Assembly: GCF_963921235.1 (NCBI RefSeq)
Contig: NC_086097.1
Location: 103,480,001-103,544,000 of the forward strand
Length of the DNA stretch: 64,000 nucleotides
DNA from: Mobula hypostoma
Taxonomy: Eukaryota
Reading direction: 5' to 3'
Shown: in pieces, positions 12,710 through 26,328 of the stretch
Layout of the letters: the number at the start of each line of letters is the position of its first letter
How positions within the stretch are numbered: position 1 is the stretch's first letter
Program-made: the position numbers and the translations under genes
Notes under the pieces: model-generated
Told to the model about the DNA's origin: nothing
What the model saw: only the letters and a program-made list of their open reading frames with translations
Databases searched by the model: none

Positions 12710-13146
12710 CTAGGAGGAAAATTAGTCAAATAAAATATTTGGGAAGGGGTGTGTTCAGAGTTACAGAACATTCACAACACTAGAACTACCCCTCATGTCC
12801 AGCTCAGAATCAGGTTTATTATCACTGGCATGTGTTGTGAAATTTGTTAACTTAGCAGCAGCAGTTCAATGCATAATATAGAAGAAAAAAAATTAAAATA
12901 TGCTACAAAAGCAAAGAAACCTAATGGAACCCAATTTAAAAAAACTGTCAAACGCCCAATGTGCTTATTTTAAACAAATTACGCAAACAATAAAAAGTAA
13001 ACTAGTAACACTCAGAACTAAAGTTCCCGAAAGTGAGTCCACAGCCACGAAGCCAGTTCATTGCTGCAGCTGGACCAGTGACCCTTTAGATGTAGGCCAC
13101 AATCTCAGTTCGGCAAGAAGCGAGTGTAGTTGTTACTACCAAGGAG

Positions 13147-14667
13147 ACAATTACTTGGGAAGCTGAAAGTTCTGAAGGTAGATAAGTCACTTGCTTCAGA
13201 TGCACGATTCTCCAGGGTTCTGAAAGAGGTAGCTGAAGAGATTGTACAGGCATTAGTAGCAATCTTTCAAGAATCACTAGATACTGGAATAGTTCCGGAG
13301 GACTGTTAAATTGCAAATGTCATTCCACTCTTTAAGAAGGGAAGAAGGCAAAAGACATGAAATTATATGCCAAGTAGCCTGACTTCAGTAGTTGGCAAGA
13401 TGTTAGAGTCCATTATTAGATAAAATGTCAGCCAAAGTCAGCGTAGTTTCCTCAAGGGAAAACCTTGCCTTACCAATCTGTTGGAGTTCTTTGAGAAAGT
13501 AACAGACAGGATTGACAAAGAGTGTCAGTTGATGTAGTTTATTTGGATTTTAAGAATGCCTTTGACATGGTGCCACACACGAGGCTAATAAACAAGGTAA
13601 GAGCCCATGGTATTACAGAAAAACTACTAGTGTGGATAGAAGATTGGCTGACTGGTAGGGGGCAAAGTATGGGAATACAGAGGGTCCTTTCTGGTTGGCT
13701 GCCAGTGACTAGTGGTGTTCTGCAGGAGTCGGTGTTGAGTCCATTTCATTTCATATGTCAATGATTTGGATGATGGAATTGAAGGCTTTGTGGCTATGTT
13801 TGTGGATGATACAGAGATAGGTGGAAAGGTAGTTAGTGAGTAAGCAGAGAACTGACAGAAGGACATGGACAGATTGGGAGAATGGGGAAAGTGGCAGATG
13901 AATATAATGTTGGGAAATGTAAAGTCATGTACTTTAGCAGAAGGAATAAAAATGTAAACTTACTTTATAAACGGGGAGAAGGTTCAGAAATAAGAGGTGC
14001 AAAGGGACTTGGGAGTCTTTGTGCAGAATTCCCTAAAAATTAACTTGCAGGTTGAGTTGATGGAAAGAAAGGCAAATACAATGTTACCATTCATTTCCAG
14101 AGGCCAGAATATAATGCTGAGACTTTATAAGGCAGTGGTCAGACTGCACTTGGGAGTATTGGCCCCTTATCGAAGAAAGGATGTGCTGGCATTGGAGATG
14201 GTCCAGAGGAGGTTCACAAGAATGATCCCAGGAATGAAAGGGTTAACATATGAGGAGTGTTTGATGGCTCTGGGCCTGTACTTGCTGGAGTTTAGAAAAA
14301 TGGCGGGGGGGGGAGGTTAGAATCTCATTGAAACCTATCAAATATTGGAAGGACTAGGAAGAACAGACATGCAGAGGATGTTTCTTATGATGGGGAATTC
14401 CGTGACCGGAGGGTACAGCCTCAGAATAGAAGGATGTCTCTTTAGAACAGAGATGAGGAGGAATTTCTTTACTCAGCGGGTGGTGAATCTGGAATTTGTT
14501 GCATCAGACAGCTGTCGAGGTATTGGGTGTATCTAAAACAGAGGTTGATGGGTTCACGACTTGTAAGGATGTCAAAGGTTATGGGGAGAAGACAGGACTA
14601 TAGGGTTGAGAAGGATAACGATCGAATGGTGAAGCAGACTCAGTGGGCTGAATGACTTCAGTCTTAT
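13147..14667 (+). mobile_element. Decayed CR1 RT/3' fragment
   Basis: YLDFKNAFDMVPH and RRFTRMIPGM in ORF fragments. Confidence 0.85.
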
Positions 14668-15183
14668 GTTGATCCTCAGAGAGGTAATACATCTACTCAG
14701 ATCAGCAAGTGCCTGGTCACTTCCCACAAGAAAACATTTGCTTGTGCACACCAAGCTTCACTGGTTCATCTTAAATCTGACAAAACTTTCAGAACACCTG
14801 CCTGGTAAGTATTTATGGACAGTGGGGATGTACCCACTAACCCCTTGTCATTCAGAACAAATAAAATCATAGAAAGCAGTGTTTAAGAAGTTGAGTTTGG
14901 AAATCTCCACCATGACTTCTCACTGAGAAAGAGTGAAATTAGTCACAACAAGACTAGACCAACTGGAGCTCACACTAAATCAACCGGTGTGTCTGGAGAA
15001 TGATATTCTTCAGACACACAAAAGAATACACCTTGAAAGCAAGTATCATTCATGCATGGACAGAAGAAACCTACACACCTGATTGGAAGGAATTGCAGGA
15101 CAATTTTGTTGGATATCATAAAATTGGGATTAAGATAAATCATTTCAAGATTAGAAGCTGTGGAAAAGACTTGTGCACCTTAC

Positions 15184-15389
15184 CAAGCTCAATGCCATGG
15201 CCCAGCTGCTGGTGTATTTTCACAGTTTTTAAAGTCTTGTCATAGAGCTGTCTCTTGCTGTTATCTTTCACTACACACCACACACTGTGCAGTGGCTTGT
15301 CAATCACACCAATTCCCATAAAGCCATGCTTTGTGGAGGACACATATGGCTTATAGAACATCAGGACCCCTTTTTCTGTGCTGTGGTAC
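15184..15389 (-). CDS. STARD9: STARD9 START-domain exon (206 nt, phase 2-1): YHSTEKGVLMFYKPYVSSTKHGFMGIGVIDKPLHSVWCVVKDNSKRQLYDKTLKTVKIHQQLGHGIEL
   Basis: Acceptor tttttgttAG|GTAC and donor CTTG|GTAAGG. HGFxGxGV...VW..V.D is a START core motif. Confidence 0.92.
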
Positions 15390-15868
15390 CTAACAAAAAC
15401 ACAAAGAAAACTGAAATGACACGACACAAATTGCAAAGTTTACAAATCAAAATAAAACATGTCCAGATAAGCATTGGCCTCCATCCAAATCTCACCAACA
15501 GATGCAGCCCGACTGATCGAGTTTATTCAGCTGAATCCAGCAATTTGGTCTTTACAAGACAAAACACTGCCTGTACTTTTGTGCAGAGCTGGGATATGTA
15601 AATACTGTACTTTCCTGCTCTCAAGTGATAATAAATTATCCTGAAGCAATTCAATGAAATAGAAAGAGAAACTAACCAATATTGCTTGCAACAAAATCAC
15701 CAAAGCATTACCATGTTTCTAGAAGCTTACTGTGTGCAAGTTTGGACTTCTTACATTACTACAGTGACAACAGTGCTAAGATGCTTCAGGACATCCAGGG
15801 GTTGTGGCTATGAAAATGTTTGTAAATCTAAGTACTGTACATTTGTGTAGCCTGACAAATTCACGTAC

Positions 15869-15933
15869 CTCCAACCAGCTGCTGCTTTACCAGTAAGGAG
15901 GCTTCCAGGACGGTTAACAGATGCCACCATGAT
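15869..15933 (-). CDS. STARD9: STARD9 START-domain exon (65 nt, phase 0-2): IMVASVNRPGSLLTGKAAAGWR
   Basis: Acceptor gtcttttcAG|ATC and donor TGGAG|GTACGT. Contains the AAGW motif of START domains. Confidence 0.85.
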
Positions 15934-16829
15934 CTGAAAAGACAGGGTTTTACATCATTCTCTGTTTGTGGATAATATCAATCAAAGAGCAAAAGATGTA
16001 CAGAGGTCATCCCTTTGTCATCACACCAGAGTCATCAACGGTTCACATCACCCTCTCTAACAGCCTCATGACAGGACTTCCATCATTTTCTCAAGAGGCA
16101 GGAATAACCTGAAAATCTGTAGAATGCTGTATGTGGTGGTTTCCAGGTACGTTGGTCTCTGGTCTGGTTAGAGCTACTGCATCGTATCTTGGGGTAGTAC
16201 CATAACAAATGCTGTACTCCCAGATTTAGAGATATGTGGAAGCTGCCAACAGGAGTAACGGGTTGTATAGGCCATTTGGCCCAAGATATTGTGCCGACCC
16301 TGGATTTTTCTTTCATCCATGTGCCTACGAATCTCCTAAATGTCTCTAACGTGTCTGCCTCTACCACCACCCCTGGCATACCTCTGACATACCCTCTACA
16401 CTTTGCTCCAATCAACTTAAAGTTATGCCCTCTTAATTAAGCAATTTCCATCCTAGGGGGGAAAAAAGTGCTTGCTGCCCATTCTATCTATGCCTCTCAT
16501 CATTTTACACGCCTCTGTCAAGTCACATCCTCCTTTTCAAACAGAAGAACCCAAGCTCACTCAACCTCTCCTCGTAAGACATGTTCTCTAATTCAGGAAG
16601 CATATTCTTTTCTCCTCTGCACTCTTCTTTTAAAGCTTCCATTCTTTTCTATAGTGAGGTGACCAGAATTGAACACAATTCTCCAAGTGTGGTATAACCA
16701 CAATTTTATAGAACTGCAATATGACCTCACTGCTCCTGAACACCTGAATCCCCCAACACACCATATGGTCCTTAACCATCTTATCAACTTATCCGGCAAC
16801 TTTGAAGGAGTTCAAGGAGATTTGGTATG

Positions 16830-17341
16830 TCACCTAAAATACTCAAAAGTCTCCACAGATGTACCATGGAGAGCATTCTGACTGACTGCATCACTGGTAT
16901 GGGAGGCTACTGCATCGGATTGAAGTAAGCTGCAGAGAGTTGTAAAATTAGCTCCATCATGGGTACTAGCCTCCATATTATCCAAGACATCTTCAATAAG
17001 CGGTGCCTCGAAAAAGGTCACCTATCATTAAGGACCCCCACCACCCAGGACATGCTCTCTTCTCATTGTTACCATCAGGTAGCAAGTGTAGAAGCCTGAA
17101 AGGACACACTCAGTGATTCAGGAACAGCTTCTTCTCCTCTGTCATTCGATTTCTGAATTAACATTGAATGACACTACCCAACTACTTTTTTCTTTCTGTT
17201 TTTGCACTACATATTTAATTAAATATTTGATATATTTACTGTAATTTAGATTTTTTTCTACATTATGTATTGCATTGTACTACTGCCACAAAATTAACGT
17301 ATTTCACAACATATGCCATTGATAGTAAAGCTGATTCTGAT
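16830..17341 (+). mobile_element. Rex1/Babar-like LINE 3' end
   Basis: ESILTxCITxWYG-like segment and a CTGATTCTGA tail. Confidence 0.6.
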
Positions 17342-17344
17342 CAA

Positions 17345-18718
17345 AAGAAAAATTCCAAAACTAAAAATTAAAAACCAAAATTGTGAGGCTGAAAAAGTAT
17401 TCATCCCCTTCGAAATTAGTAACCTAACTTTCCTCAGGTCTATTACCTTACCAACTCACCCAATTTGTTGATGTAGAAAATCGGAGGATCATCTGCTTTC
17501 AATGAATTCATAAGAATGAATACCCCTTCTCTCTGTAAGGTCCAATACTATGGTAGATTTTCAACAGACCGAACCAAAATGAAGATAAAAGAGCATTCAA
17601 GACAAGTCAGGGAAATGATAATAGAGAAGCACAAATCTGGGGAAAGGTACAACAGCATCTCAAAAGCAATGAACATACCTCAGAGCTCAGAGCAGTTCAT
17701 CATGCAAATGGCCACCCCTCAGAACAGTCGCCAGAGAAGAACGGCACTTGTAAGAGGCCAACGGTCACTCTGAGCGAGTTGCATAAGGCAGAGGATGGAA
17801 ATGCAGATGAAATTCATGGCTCCACAATCTCTAAAACCTTACACCAAAAGGGTATTTTTGGAAGAGTGGCAAGGAAGAAGCCCTGGCTAAAAAAAAAAGG
17901 CATATCCTTGCCTGTCAAAACTTTAGGAATTGACACTTAGAAGATACTGTAAAGATGTGGAAGAAGGTCTTGTAGTTGGAGGAGACTAAAGTGGAACATT
18001 CTGGCCTCAACCCTAAATGGTACTTGTGGTGTAAATCAGCCAGGTAACACCATCCCTACTGTAAAGTATGGTGGAGGCTGCATCATGCTAGGGGGGTGCT
18101 TTTCAGCAGCAAGGACTGGAAATCTGGTTAGGATTGATGGGAAGATGAATGCTGCTAAACAGAGAGATCCTGGATAAAATTCTGCTAATCTCTGCCAGAA
18201 AGCTTAAACTGAGGAGGAAGTTTGTCTTTCAGCAGGACAATGACCCAAAGCACACTGCCAGAGCAACCATGGAGTGACTTCAAATGAAGAAAACTGTTGC
18301 CCTTGAGTGGCCCAGTCAGTCCTGTCCTTAATATTTCTGGCAAGACCTCAAGGTTGCTGTCTGCTGCTGCTCACCAACTAATCTGGCACAAATTGAGCAA
18401 TTTTGCAAGGAGGAATAGGCAAATTTTGCTTCATCACATTGTGCAACGCAAATAGAGACTTATCAAAAAGACTGATTGTAATAGAGCTATGAGAGATGTT
18501 TCAACAGAGCAAAGGGGGACGAATACTTCTGAACTGCTGTCATGCAGTTTTTGAATTTTTAGTTTTTCATGCTTTACAGTTTTCCTTTTTTTTTAACTGT
18601 ACTGTTGAAAAAGGAGTATGCGATTCACAAGCTAAAATTCTCAGTTAAATTTATTAAAATCCATGGGTATAATACTCATTTATGTGAACAAATGGTTGGG
18701 GGCTGAATACTTTTACAC
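17345..18718 (+). mobile_element. Decayed Tc1/mariner transposon
   Basis: Transposase remnants [34 protein letters not shown] and FQQDNDPKH. Inverted subterminal repeats AAAGTATTCATCCCC (~17394) and GGGGCTGAATACTTT (~18699). Confidence 0.85.
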
Positions 18719-18987
18719 TTCTTGATTAGATCAAGCATCAAAGCTTACAGGCAGGAGAATAGTTACAGGCAGCATTCAAAGTTCAAAGTAAATTTATTAT
18801 CGAAGTACATACATGTCACCATTTACAACCCTGAGATTCATTTTCTTGCAGGCTTTCACAGTAAATACAAGATAGACGATAGAGTAATGAAAGACCACAC
18901 CCAACAGGATGGACAACCAATGTGGAAAAGACAACAAACTGGGTACACACAAAAAGAAAGAAAATAATTATAAATAAATAAGCAATA

Positions 18988-21900
18988 TCTTTTGGATCAG
19001 GACTACAGAGCGTCGTGGGAGCTGAATTCTGAAGGAAGGCAGTTTTCTTAAAAACTTCTTCGAGTGCAAGAAGGACGAGACTGCGCAGGCGCGTGACGTC
19101 AACAGGACAGCTTGGAGAGTTTAAAAAGGAGACCACCCTATACAGCGGGCAGCAGAGTGAGCAGTAGCAGAGTGTAGGGCTTTGGCTTCAACGGGCTTCG
19201 GCGGTAAACGGAAAGAGGCGAGAGCGAAGCACCAACTCTTTTTTCCTCCACCCCGCCCCCTTTCGCGAATCGGCCCGGACAGACAGGAACAGCAGGGCTC
19301 TCACAGCTAACGGTACGAGCTAACAGTTTAAAAAGTTCATCTGTTTGGTAAGGTAAGTGGGTGAGTAGACTTATTTTTCCTGTTTCATTCCTGTAGAATT
19401 AGGTAGAATGCCTGCAGGGTTAATGCTTTGTTCAGGGTGTCAGATGTGGGAATCCAGCCTCCCTGATGGCCACATCTGCGCCAGGTGCACCGAGATGCAG
19501 CTCCTCAGAGACTGTGTTAGGGATCTGCAGCTGCAGCTTGATGACCTACTGCTTATCAGGGAAAGTGAAGAGGTAATAGACAGGAGCTACAGGGAGGTAG
19601 TCATCCCTAGGCTACAGGGATCAGAAAACTGGGTCACTGTCAAGAGAGGGAAGGGAAATGCCCGGATAGTGGAGAGCACACCTGTGGCTGTCCCCCTCAG
19701 CAACAAATATCTTGTTCTGGATGCTGTTGAGGGGGATGACCTGACAGGGGACGCCCACGGTGACTGGGTCTCTGGCACTGAGCCTGGCGCTGTTGTGCAG
19801 GAGAGAAGGAGGGAGAAGAGGAATGCGGTAGTCATAGGGGATTCCATAGTCAGGGGAACAGACAGGAGATTCTGTGAGCCTGACAGAGATACCCACATGG
19901 TGTGTTTGCCTCCCAGGTGCCAGGGTACGGGATGTCTCGGATCGGGTCCTGAATATTCTAAAGGGGGAGGGTGAGCAGCCAGTTGTCTTGGTACATGTTG
20001 GTACCAATGACATACATAGGACAAACGAGGAGGTCCTGAAGAGAAATTTCTGGGAGTTAGGAAGGAAGCTGAGAAGCAGGACCTCCAGGGTAGTAATCTC
20101 GGGATTGCTACCTCTGCCACGTGCTAGCGAGGGCAAGAATAGTAGGATCAGGCAGATGAATGCGTGGCTGAGAGACTGGTGCAGGGGACAGGGCTTCAGA
20201 TTCTTGGATAATTGGGATCTCTTCTGGGGGAAGTATGACCTGTTCAAAAAGGACAGGTTACACCTGAACCCGAAGGGGACCAATATCCTGGCGGGAAAGT
20301 TTAATAGAGCTGTTAGGGAGGGTTTAAACTAATTTGGCAGGGGGATGGGAACCGGAATGACATAACAGAGGAAGGGGAAAACAGAAATAAATCTAAGATA
20401 GTGAGCAGTAAAGATGTCAGGAAAGGCAGGCAGGTGACGGAGCAAATTTGTAGCCATTGGGATGAGTTGCAGTGCAATAAAGTTGCAGTGAAATCAAAGC
20501 GAAAAGTACCAAATACCGGTCTTAAGGTGTTATACTTAAATGCACGCAGCATAAGGAATAAGGTGGATGATCTTGTCGTACAGCTACAGATTGGCAGGTA
20601 TGATATTGTGGCTAAAGGATGCACGTCTCTGGGAGCTGAACATCCAAGGATACACAGTGTATCGGAAGGATAGGAAGGTAGGCAGAGGGGGAGGCGTGGC
20701 TTTATTGGTAAGAATTGATATTAAATCATTAGAAAGAGGTGATATAGGATCGAAAGGCGCAGAATCTTTATGGGTTGAGCTAAGAAATCGCAGGGGTAAA
20801 AGGACCCTGATGGCAGTTATTTATAGGCCTCCAAACAGCTGCAGGGATGTGGACTTCAAATTACAACAGAAAATAGAAAAGGCTTGTCAGAAGGGCAGTG
20901 TTATGATAATTGTGGGGAATTTAAACATGCGAGTAGATTGGGAAAATCAGGTCGGCACTGGATCTCAAGAGAGAGGATTTGTAGAATGTCTGCGAGATAG
21001 CTTTTTAGAACAGCTTGTTGTTGAGGCCACCAGGGGATCGGCTGTACTGGATTGGATATTGTGTAATGAACCGGAGGTGATTAGAGAGATTGAGGTGAAG
21101 GAACCCTTAGAAGGCAGTGATCATAACATGATTGAGTTCACTGTGAAATTTGAAAAGGAGAAGCCAAAATCTGATGTGTCGGTATTTCAGTGGAGTAAAG
21201 GAAATTACAGTGGCATGAGAGAGGAACTGGCCAAAGTTGACTGGAAAGAGACACTGGTGGGAAAGACGGCAGAGCAGCAGTGGCTGGAGTTTATGCGAGA
21301 AGTGAGGAAGGTGCAAGACAGGTATATTCCAAAAAAGAAGATATTTTCGAATGGGAAAAGCATGCAACCGTGGTTGACAAAAGAAGTCAAAGCCAAAGTT
21401 AAAGCAAAGGAGAGGGCATACAAGGAAGCAAAAATTACTGGGAAGACAGAAGATTGGGAAGTTTTTAAAACCTTACAAAAGGAAACTAAGAAGGTCATTA
21501 AGAGAGAAAAGATTAACTATGAAAGGAAGCTAGCAAATAATATCAAAGTGGATACTAAAAGCTTTTTCAAGTATATAAAGAGTAAAAGACAGGTGAGATT
21601 AGATATAGGACCAATAGAAAATGATGCTGGAGACATTGTAATGGGAGATGAGGAGATGGCAGAGGAACTGAACGAGTATTTGCATCAGTCTTCACTGAGG
21701 AAGACATCAGCAGTATACCGGACACTCAAGGGTGGCAGGGAAAAGAAGTGTGCGCAGTCACGATTACGACAGAGAAAGTACTCAGGAAGCTGAATAGTCT
21801 AAAGGTAGATAAATCTCCCGGACCAGATGGAATGCACCCGCGTGTTCTGAAGGAAGTAGCTGTGGAGATTGCGGAGGCATTAGCGATGATCTTTCAAAAG

Positions 21901-23354
21901 TCGATAGATTCTGGCATGGTTCCGAAGGACTGGAAGATTGCAAATGTCACTCCGCTTTTTAAGAAGGGGGCAAGGAAGCAAAAAGGAAATTATAGACCTG
22001 TTAGCTTGACATCGGTGGTTGGGAAGTTGTTGGAGTCGATTGTCAAGGATGAGGTTACAGAGTACCTGGAGGCATATGACAAGATAGGCAGAACTCAGCA
22101 TGGATTCCTTAAAGGAAAATCCTGCCTGACAATCCTATTACAATTTTTTGAGGAAATTACCAGTAGGCTAGACAAGGGAGATGCAGTAGATGTTGTATAT
22201 TTGGATTTTCCGAAGGCCTTTGACAAGGTGCCACACATGAGGCTACTTAACAAGATAAGACCCCATGGAATTACGGGGAAGTTAGATACGTGGATAGAGC
22301 ATTGGCTGATTGGCAGGAAACAGAGAGTGGGAATAAAGGGATCCTATTCTGGTTGGCTGCTGGTTACCAGTGGTGTTCCACAGGGGTCTGTGTTGGGGCT
22401 GCTTCTTTTTACAAATAGATGGCTTTGTGGCTAAATTTGCTGACGATACGAAGATAGGTGGAGGGGCCGGTAGTGCTGAGGAAACACAGAGTCTGCAGAG
22501 AGACTTGGATAGATTGGAACAATGGGCAGAGAAGTGGCAAATGAAATACAACGTTGGAAAGTGTATGGTTATGCACTCTGGCAGAAGAAATAAACGGGCA
22601 GACTATTATTTAAATGGGGAAAGAATTCAAAGTTCGGAGATGCAACGGGACTTGGGAGTCCTCATACAGGATACCCTTAAGGTTAACCTCCAGGTTGAGT
22701 CAGTAGTGAAGAAGGCGAATGCAATGTTGGCATTCATTTCTAGCGGAATAGAGTATAGGAGCAGGGATGTGATGTTGAGGCTCTATAAGGCGCTGGTGAG
22801 ACCTCACTTGGAGTACCGTGGGCAGTTTTGGTCTCCTTATTTAAGAAAGGATGTGCTGACGTTGGAGAGGGTACAGAGAAGATTCAGTAGAATGATTCCA
22901 GGAATGAGAGGGTTAACATATGAGGAACGTTTGTCTGCTCTTGGACTGTATTCCTTGGAGTTTAGAAGAATGAGGGGAGACCTCATAGAAACGTTTTGAA
23001 TGTTGAAAGGCATGGACAGAGTGGATGTGGCAAGGTTGTTTCCCATGATGGGGGAGTCTAGTACGAGAGGGCATGACTTAAGGATTGAAGGACACCCATT
23101 CAGAACAGAAATGCGAAGAAATTTTTTTAGTCAGAGGGTGGTGAATCTATGGAATTTGTTGCCATGGGCAGCAGTGGAGGCCAAGTCATTGGGTGTATTT
23201 AAGGCAGAGAGGTATCTGAGTAACCAGGGCATTAAAGGTTTTGGTGAGAAGGCGGGGGAGTGGGACTAAATGGGAGAATAGATCAGCTCATGATAAAATG
23301 GCGGAGCAGACTCAATGGGCCGAATGGCCGACTTCTGCTCTGTTGTCTTATGGT
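18988..23354 (+). mobile_element. Full-length CR1 LINE of a third subfamily, with GC-rich 5' UTR and frameshifted ORF1 and ORF2, inserted into a Rex1-like element
   Basis: ORF1 19408-20332 (CSGC..CARC, GDS, HVGTND). ORF2 fragments 20401-23269. CAATA is repeated at 18983-18987 and 23355-23359. Confidence 0.93.
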
Positions 23355-24300
23355 CAATAAATATCGAGAGCATGAGATGAAGGATCATTGAAAGTGAGTC
23401 CATAGGTTGTGGGAAGTGTTCAGTGAATGGGGCGGGTGAGGTTGAGTGAAGTTATATCTTATGGTTCAAGGGCCTGATGGTCCAGGGGTAATAACTGTCT
23501 GGTGGGTCCTGAAGCCCCTGTATCTTTTTCCTGATGGCTGCAGCAAAAAGCAAGCATGGCCTGGACGGTGGGGTCCGAGATTTTGGATATCACCTTCCTG
23601 TGACAGCACTCTATGTAGATGTGCTCAATAGTTGGCAGGGCTTTACCTTGGATGGACTGGGCTATATTATACTTGTTTGTAGGCTCTTCTGTTCATCAAG
23701 GACATTGGACATGATGCACCCAGTCAATATATTCTCCATCACACATCTATAGAAGTTTGTTAAAGTTTTAGATGCCATGCTGAATCTTCTAAGAAACTAG
23801 AGGTGCTTCTGCACTTTCTTTGTAATGGCACTCCATGCTGGATCCAAGACAGATCCTCGGAAATGGTAACACTGAGGAACTTCCCCAACTTTGATCCCCC
23901 GATGAGGACTGGCTCGTCCTTTTCCCAAAGTCAACAATTAGCTCTTCGGTCTTACAGACATTGAGTGAGAGGCTGTTGTGGCACCATTCAGCCAGATTTT
24001 CAATCTCCTCCTTATATACTGATTCATCACCACTTTTGATTTGGCCAATGACAGTGGTGTCGGCAAAGTTAAATATGGCATTGGTGCTGTACTTAACCTC
24101 ACAGTCATAAGTATAAAGCGAGTAGAGCAGGGGGCTAAGCACACAATCTCACGGTGCACCTATGTTGATGGAGATTGTGGAGGAGATGTTTTTGCCAATC
24201 TGAACTGACTGGGTCTGCAAGTGAGGAAATCGATGATCCTGTTGCATAAGGAGGTAGAGGCCCAAGTCATGAAGCTCATTGACTAGTTTTGAGGGGAGTG
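23355..24300 (-). mobile_element. Rex1/Babar-like LINE fragment; its 3' end lies at 18775-18987
   Basis: ORF 23789-24142 reads LSPLLYSLYTYDC...FADTTVIG...LSLNVCKTEELIVDF. Confidence 0.8.
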
Positions 24301-24813
24301 ATAGTATTATGGCAATAAGCATGCCATACTCAACTGGTGGAGTAGATTCGATGGGCTGAATGGCTCATTCTGTTTACATGTGTTATAGGCTGATAGGCTA
24401 AATCTACTACCATCCTCTGCCTTTTGTGGCAAGCCAATTCTGTATATGCAAAGCCAAGTTTCTGCGTCTCATGTCTCATGACTTTCTAAATGAGCCTTGT
24501 CAAATGCCTTACTATAATCCGTATGGACCACCTCTACTGTTCCACTTTCATCACTTCAATGAATTTACTCTAAATGACACCAATATGCAGACACTCATGT
24601 TTTTCTAGAGACCTACATGAAGGCAAACAGACAGCCCAGTTGTGATCTCCCAGAACGGCTGGTAGTCTGCACAAATTCAGAATACAAGGGAAAATGCTCA
24701 ATTTGAAGGATTAAAAGGATCAGAATGTCCATTAACTGACACAGCATAAATAGCTTACAAATCAATTAACTGGACACTGTCAATGATAATTTCAAGAATG
24801 TGTAAATACCTAC

Positions 24814-24941
24814 CTCTGCTGTAACAGAAGCAACAGTGAGAGTTGCCAAATCTTGGAACTGTTTTAGACAGGTGGAACTTGAATGACAGCTGCCTTTCAT
24901 TATTCTCCCTGAAATCGAGTGTGCAAGTGGACAAAAAGCTG
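24814..24941 (-). CDS. STARD9: STARD9 exon (128 nt, phase 1-0): AAFCPLAHSISGRIMKGSCHSSSTCLKQFQDLATLTVASVTAE
   Basis: Acceptor tttttgttgcAG|CAG and donor GAG|GTAGGT. QDLA..V.S..AE resembles the START N-terminal helix of STARD9. Alternative in-frame acceptors exist at 24938 and 24908. Confidence 0.78.
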
Positions 24942-26142
24942 CTGCAACAAAAATCATACATGTCAATCGCGATCTTCTCCAGAAACATCTTAAAGTTCAA
25001 AGTAAATTTATTATCAATGTACATATGGGTTACTTAATACTACCGAGATTTATTTTTGAGCAGGCATTTACAAGGAAAAGGAAATAAAACAGAATTTTAT
25101 CAAAACTGTATACAAACAAAGATGAACAAGCAACCAATGTGAAGACAATCTGTCTAAAAATATATATAATACTGAAAATACTTTATCACATCTCCACATA
25201 AGTAGCATCAGAGCAGGAGAAAGATATGTGACTATGGTGGCCAGCTTCCTAAAGCAATGTTTTTACAGCAAATTTTAAAACAAGACAAAAACAGAAAAGT
25301 TAGAAACAGACATAGTGTCTATGGAGAGAGAAACGATTAACATTTCAAGTCAAAGGCTTGGTTAGAACAGGAAATTGAGAAAACAGGTTTGTTTTACATT
25401 ATATAGAGGGTGGGAAATAATGGGGTGGGACAAAGTGAAGACTGGCGATAAGAGGGTTGTCATGATTCACTGTTTACAAAGCCATTTGCCTGGGGGCAGT
25501 TAGGTAGGGAGAAAACACGGGCACATCAGTAAATGTGGAATGAATGTCAAAGCTGTTTCAAGGAAGTGAAATCAAATGCAGAATGTTGGAAATACCCCTC
25601 ACAACTGCCCTCATTACTTTTATCAGGCAGCTTTTATAAAGAGCAACTGTGGCAACCTTGGCCCTACCATATTCCCATTGTTCTCCTTTCACCTATTCTC
25701 CCGGTTTTCTCACTTTACAAAGCTCTCGGGCCTGAAACTAACTCCACTTCTCTCTCCAAAGATCCTGCCTGACCTACATATTCTTTTATTTCAGATTTCC
25801 AGCATCTACAGTTTATTTTTGTCTCTCAGGGCCAACAGGGTATACGACAGGTAATAATTTTATGCTCCAATCCGCAGAGACATATAAAAGCTCTTTCTGG
25901 AATCTGGCAAGATTCAGGATACTTTGATGTTTTCATCCTTGAATAGATATTCATTTATAGTAAGCAGAGGAGAGAAGGGTCTTCAATGATAGGAAAGGAG
26001 GAGTGGCTGAAGGGTGCAGAGAGGGGTGTTCACTTACCAAGGTGTAGGAAAGGCTACAGAGAAGAAGAAGAATTGCATTGTATCATTGTACAAGACAGGC
26101 TGTTCAACCCACAATATTGTGCCAAACTTTTAACTTATTACA

Positions 26143-26328
26143 CGGCCAATCTGGCTGGTGGTGTAGTGGCATCAGCACTGGACTTCAAGGCAGATGATCC
26201 TGAGTTCAAACCCAGCCAGGTCCCAACCTAGGCAGCAGCAAAAGAAAGGCCTGGCAATCTACTTCCGTATCTTGCCATGAAAACCGCATGGTCCATGAGG
26301 TCACGAAGAGTCAGACTCGACTTAACAA
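26143..26328 (+). mobile_element. tRNA-derived SINE with an RTE-like 3' tail
   Basis: A-box-like TGGTGTAGTGG, B-box-like GAGTTCAAACC, and tail GTCCATGAGGTCACGAAGAGTCAGACTCGACTTAAC. Confidence 0.65.

Noticed and set aside
19353..19396. GT-AG mini-intron in the CR1 5' UTR
   Set aside because: 44 nt is below the usual vertebrate minimum, so only the donor is noted.
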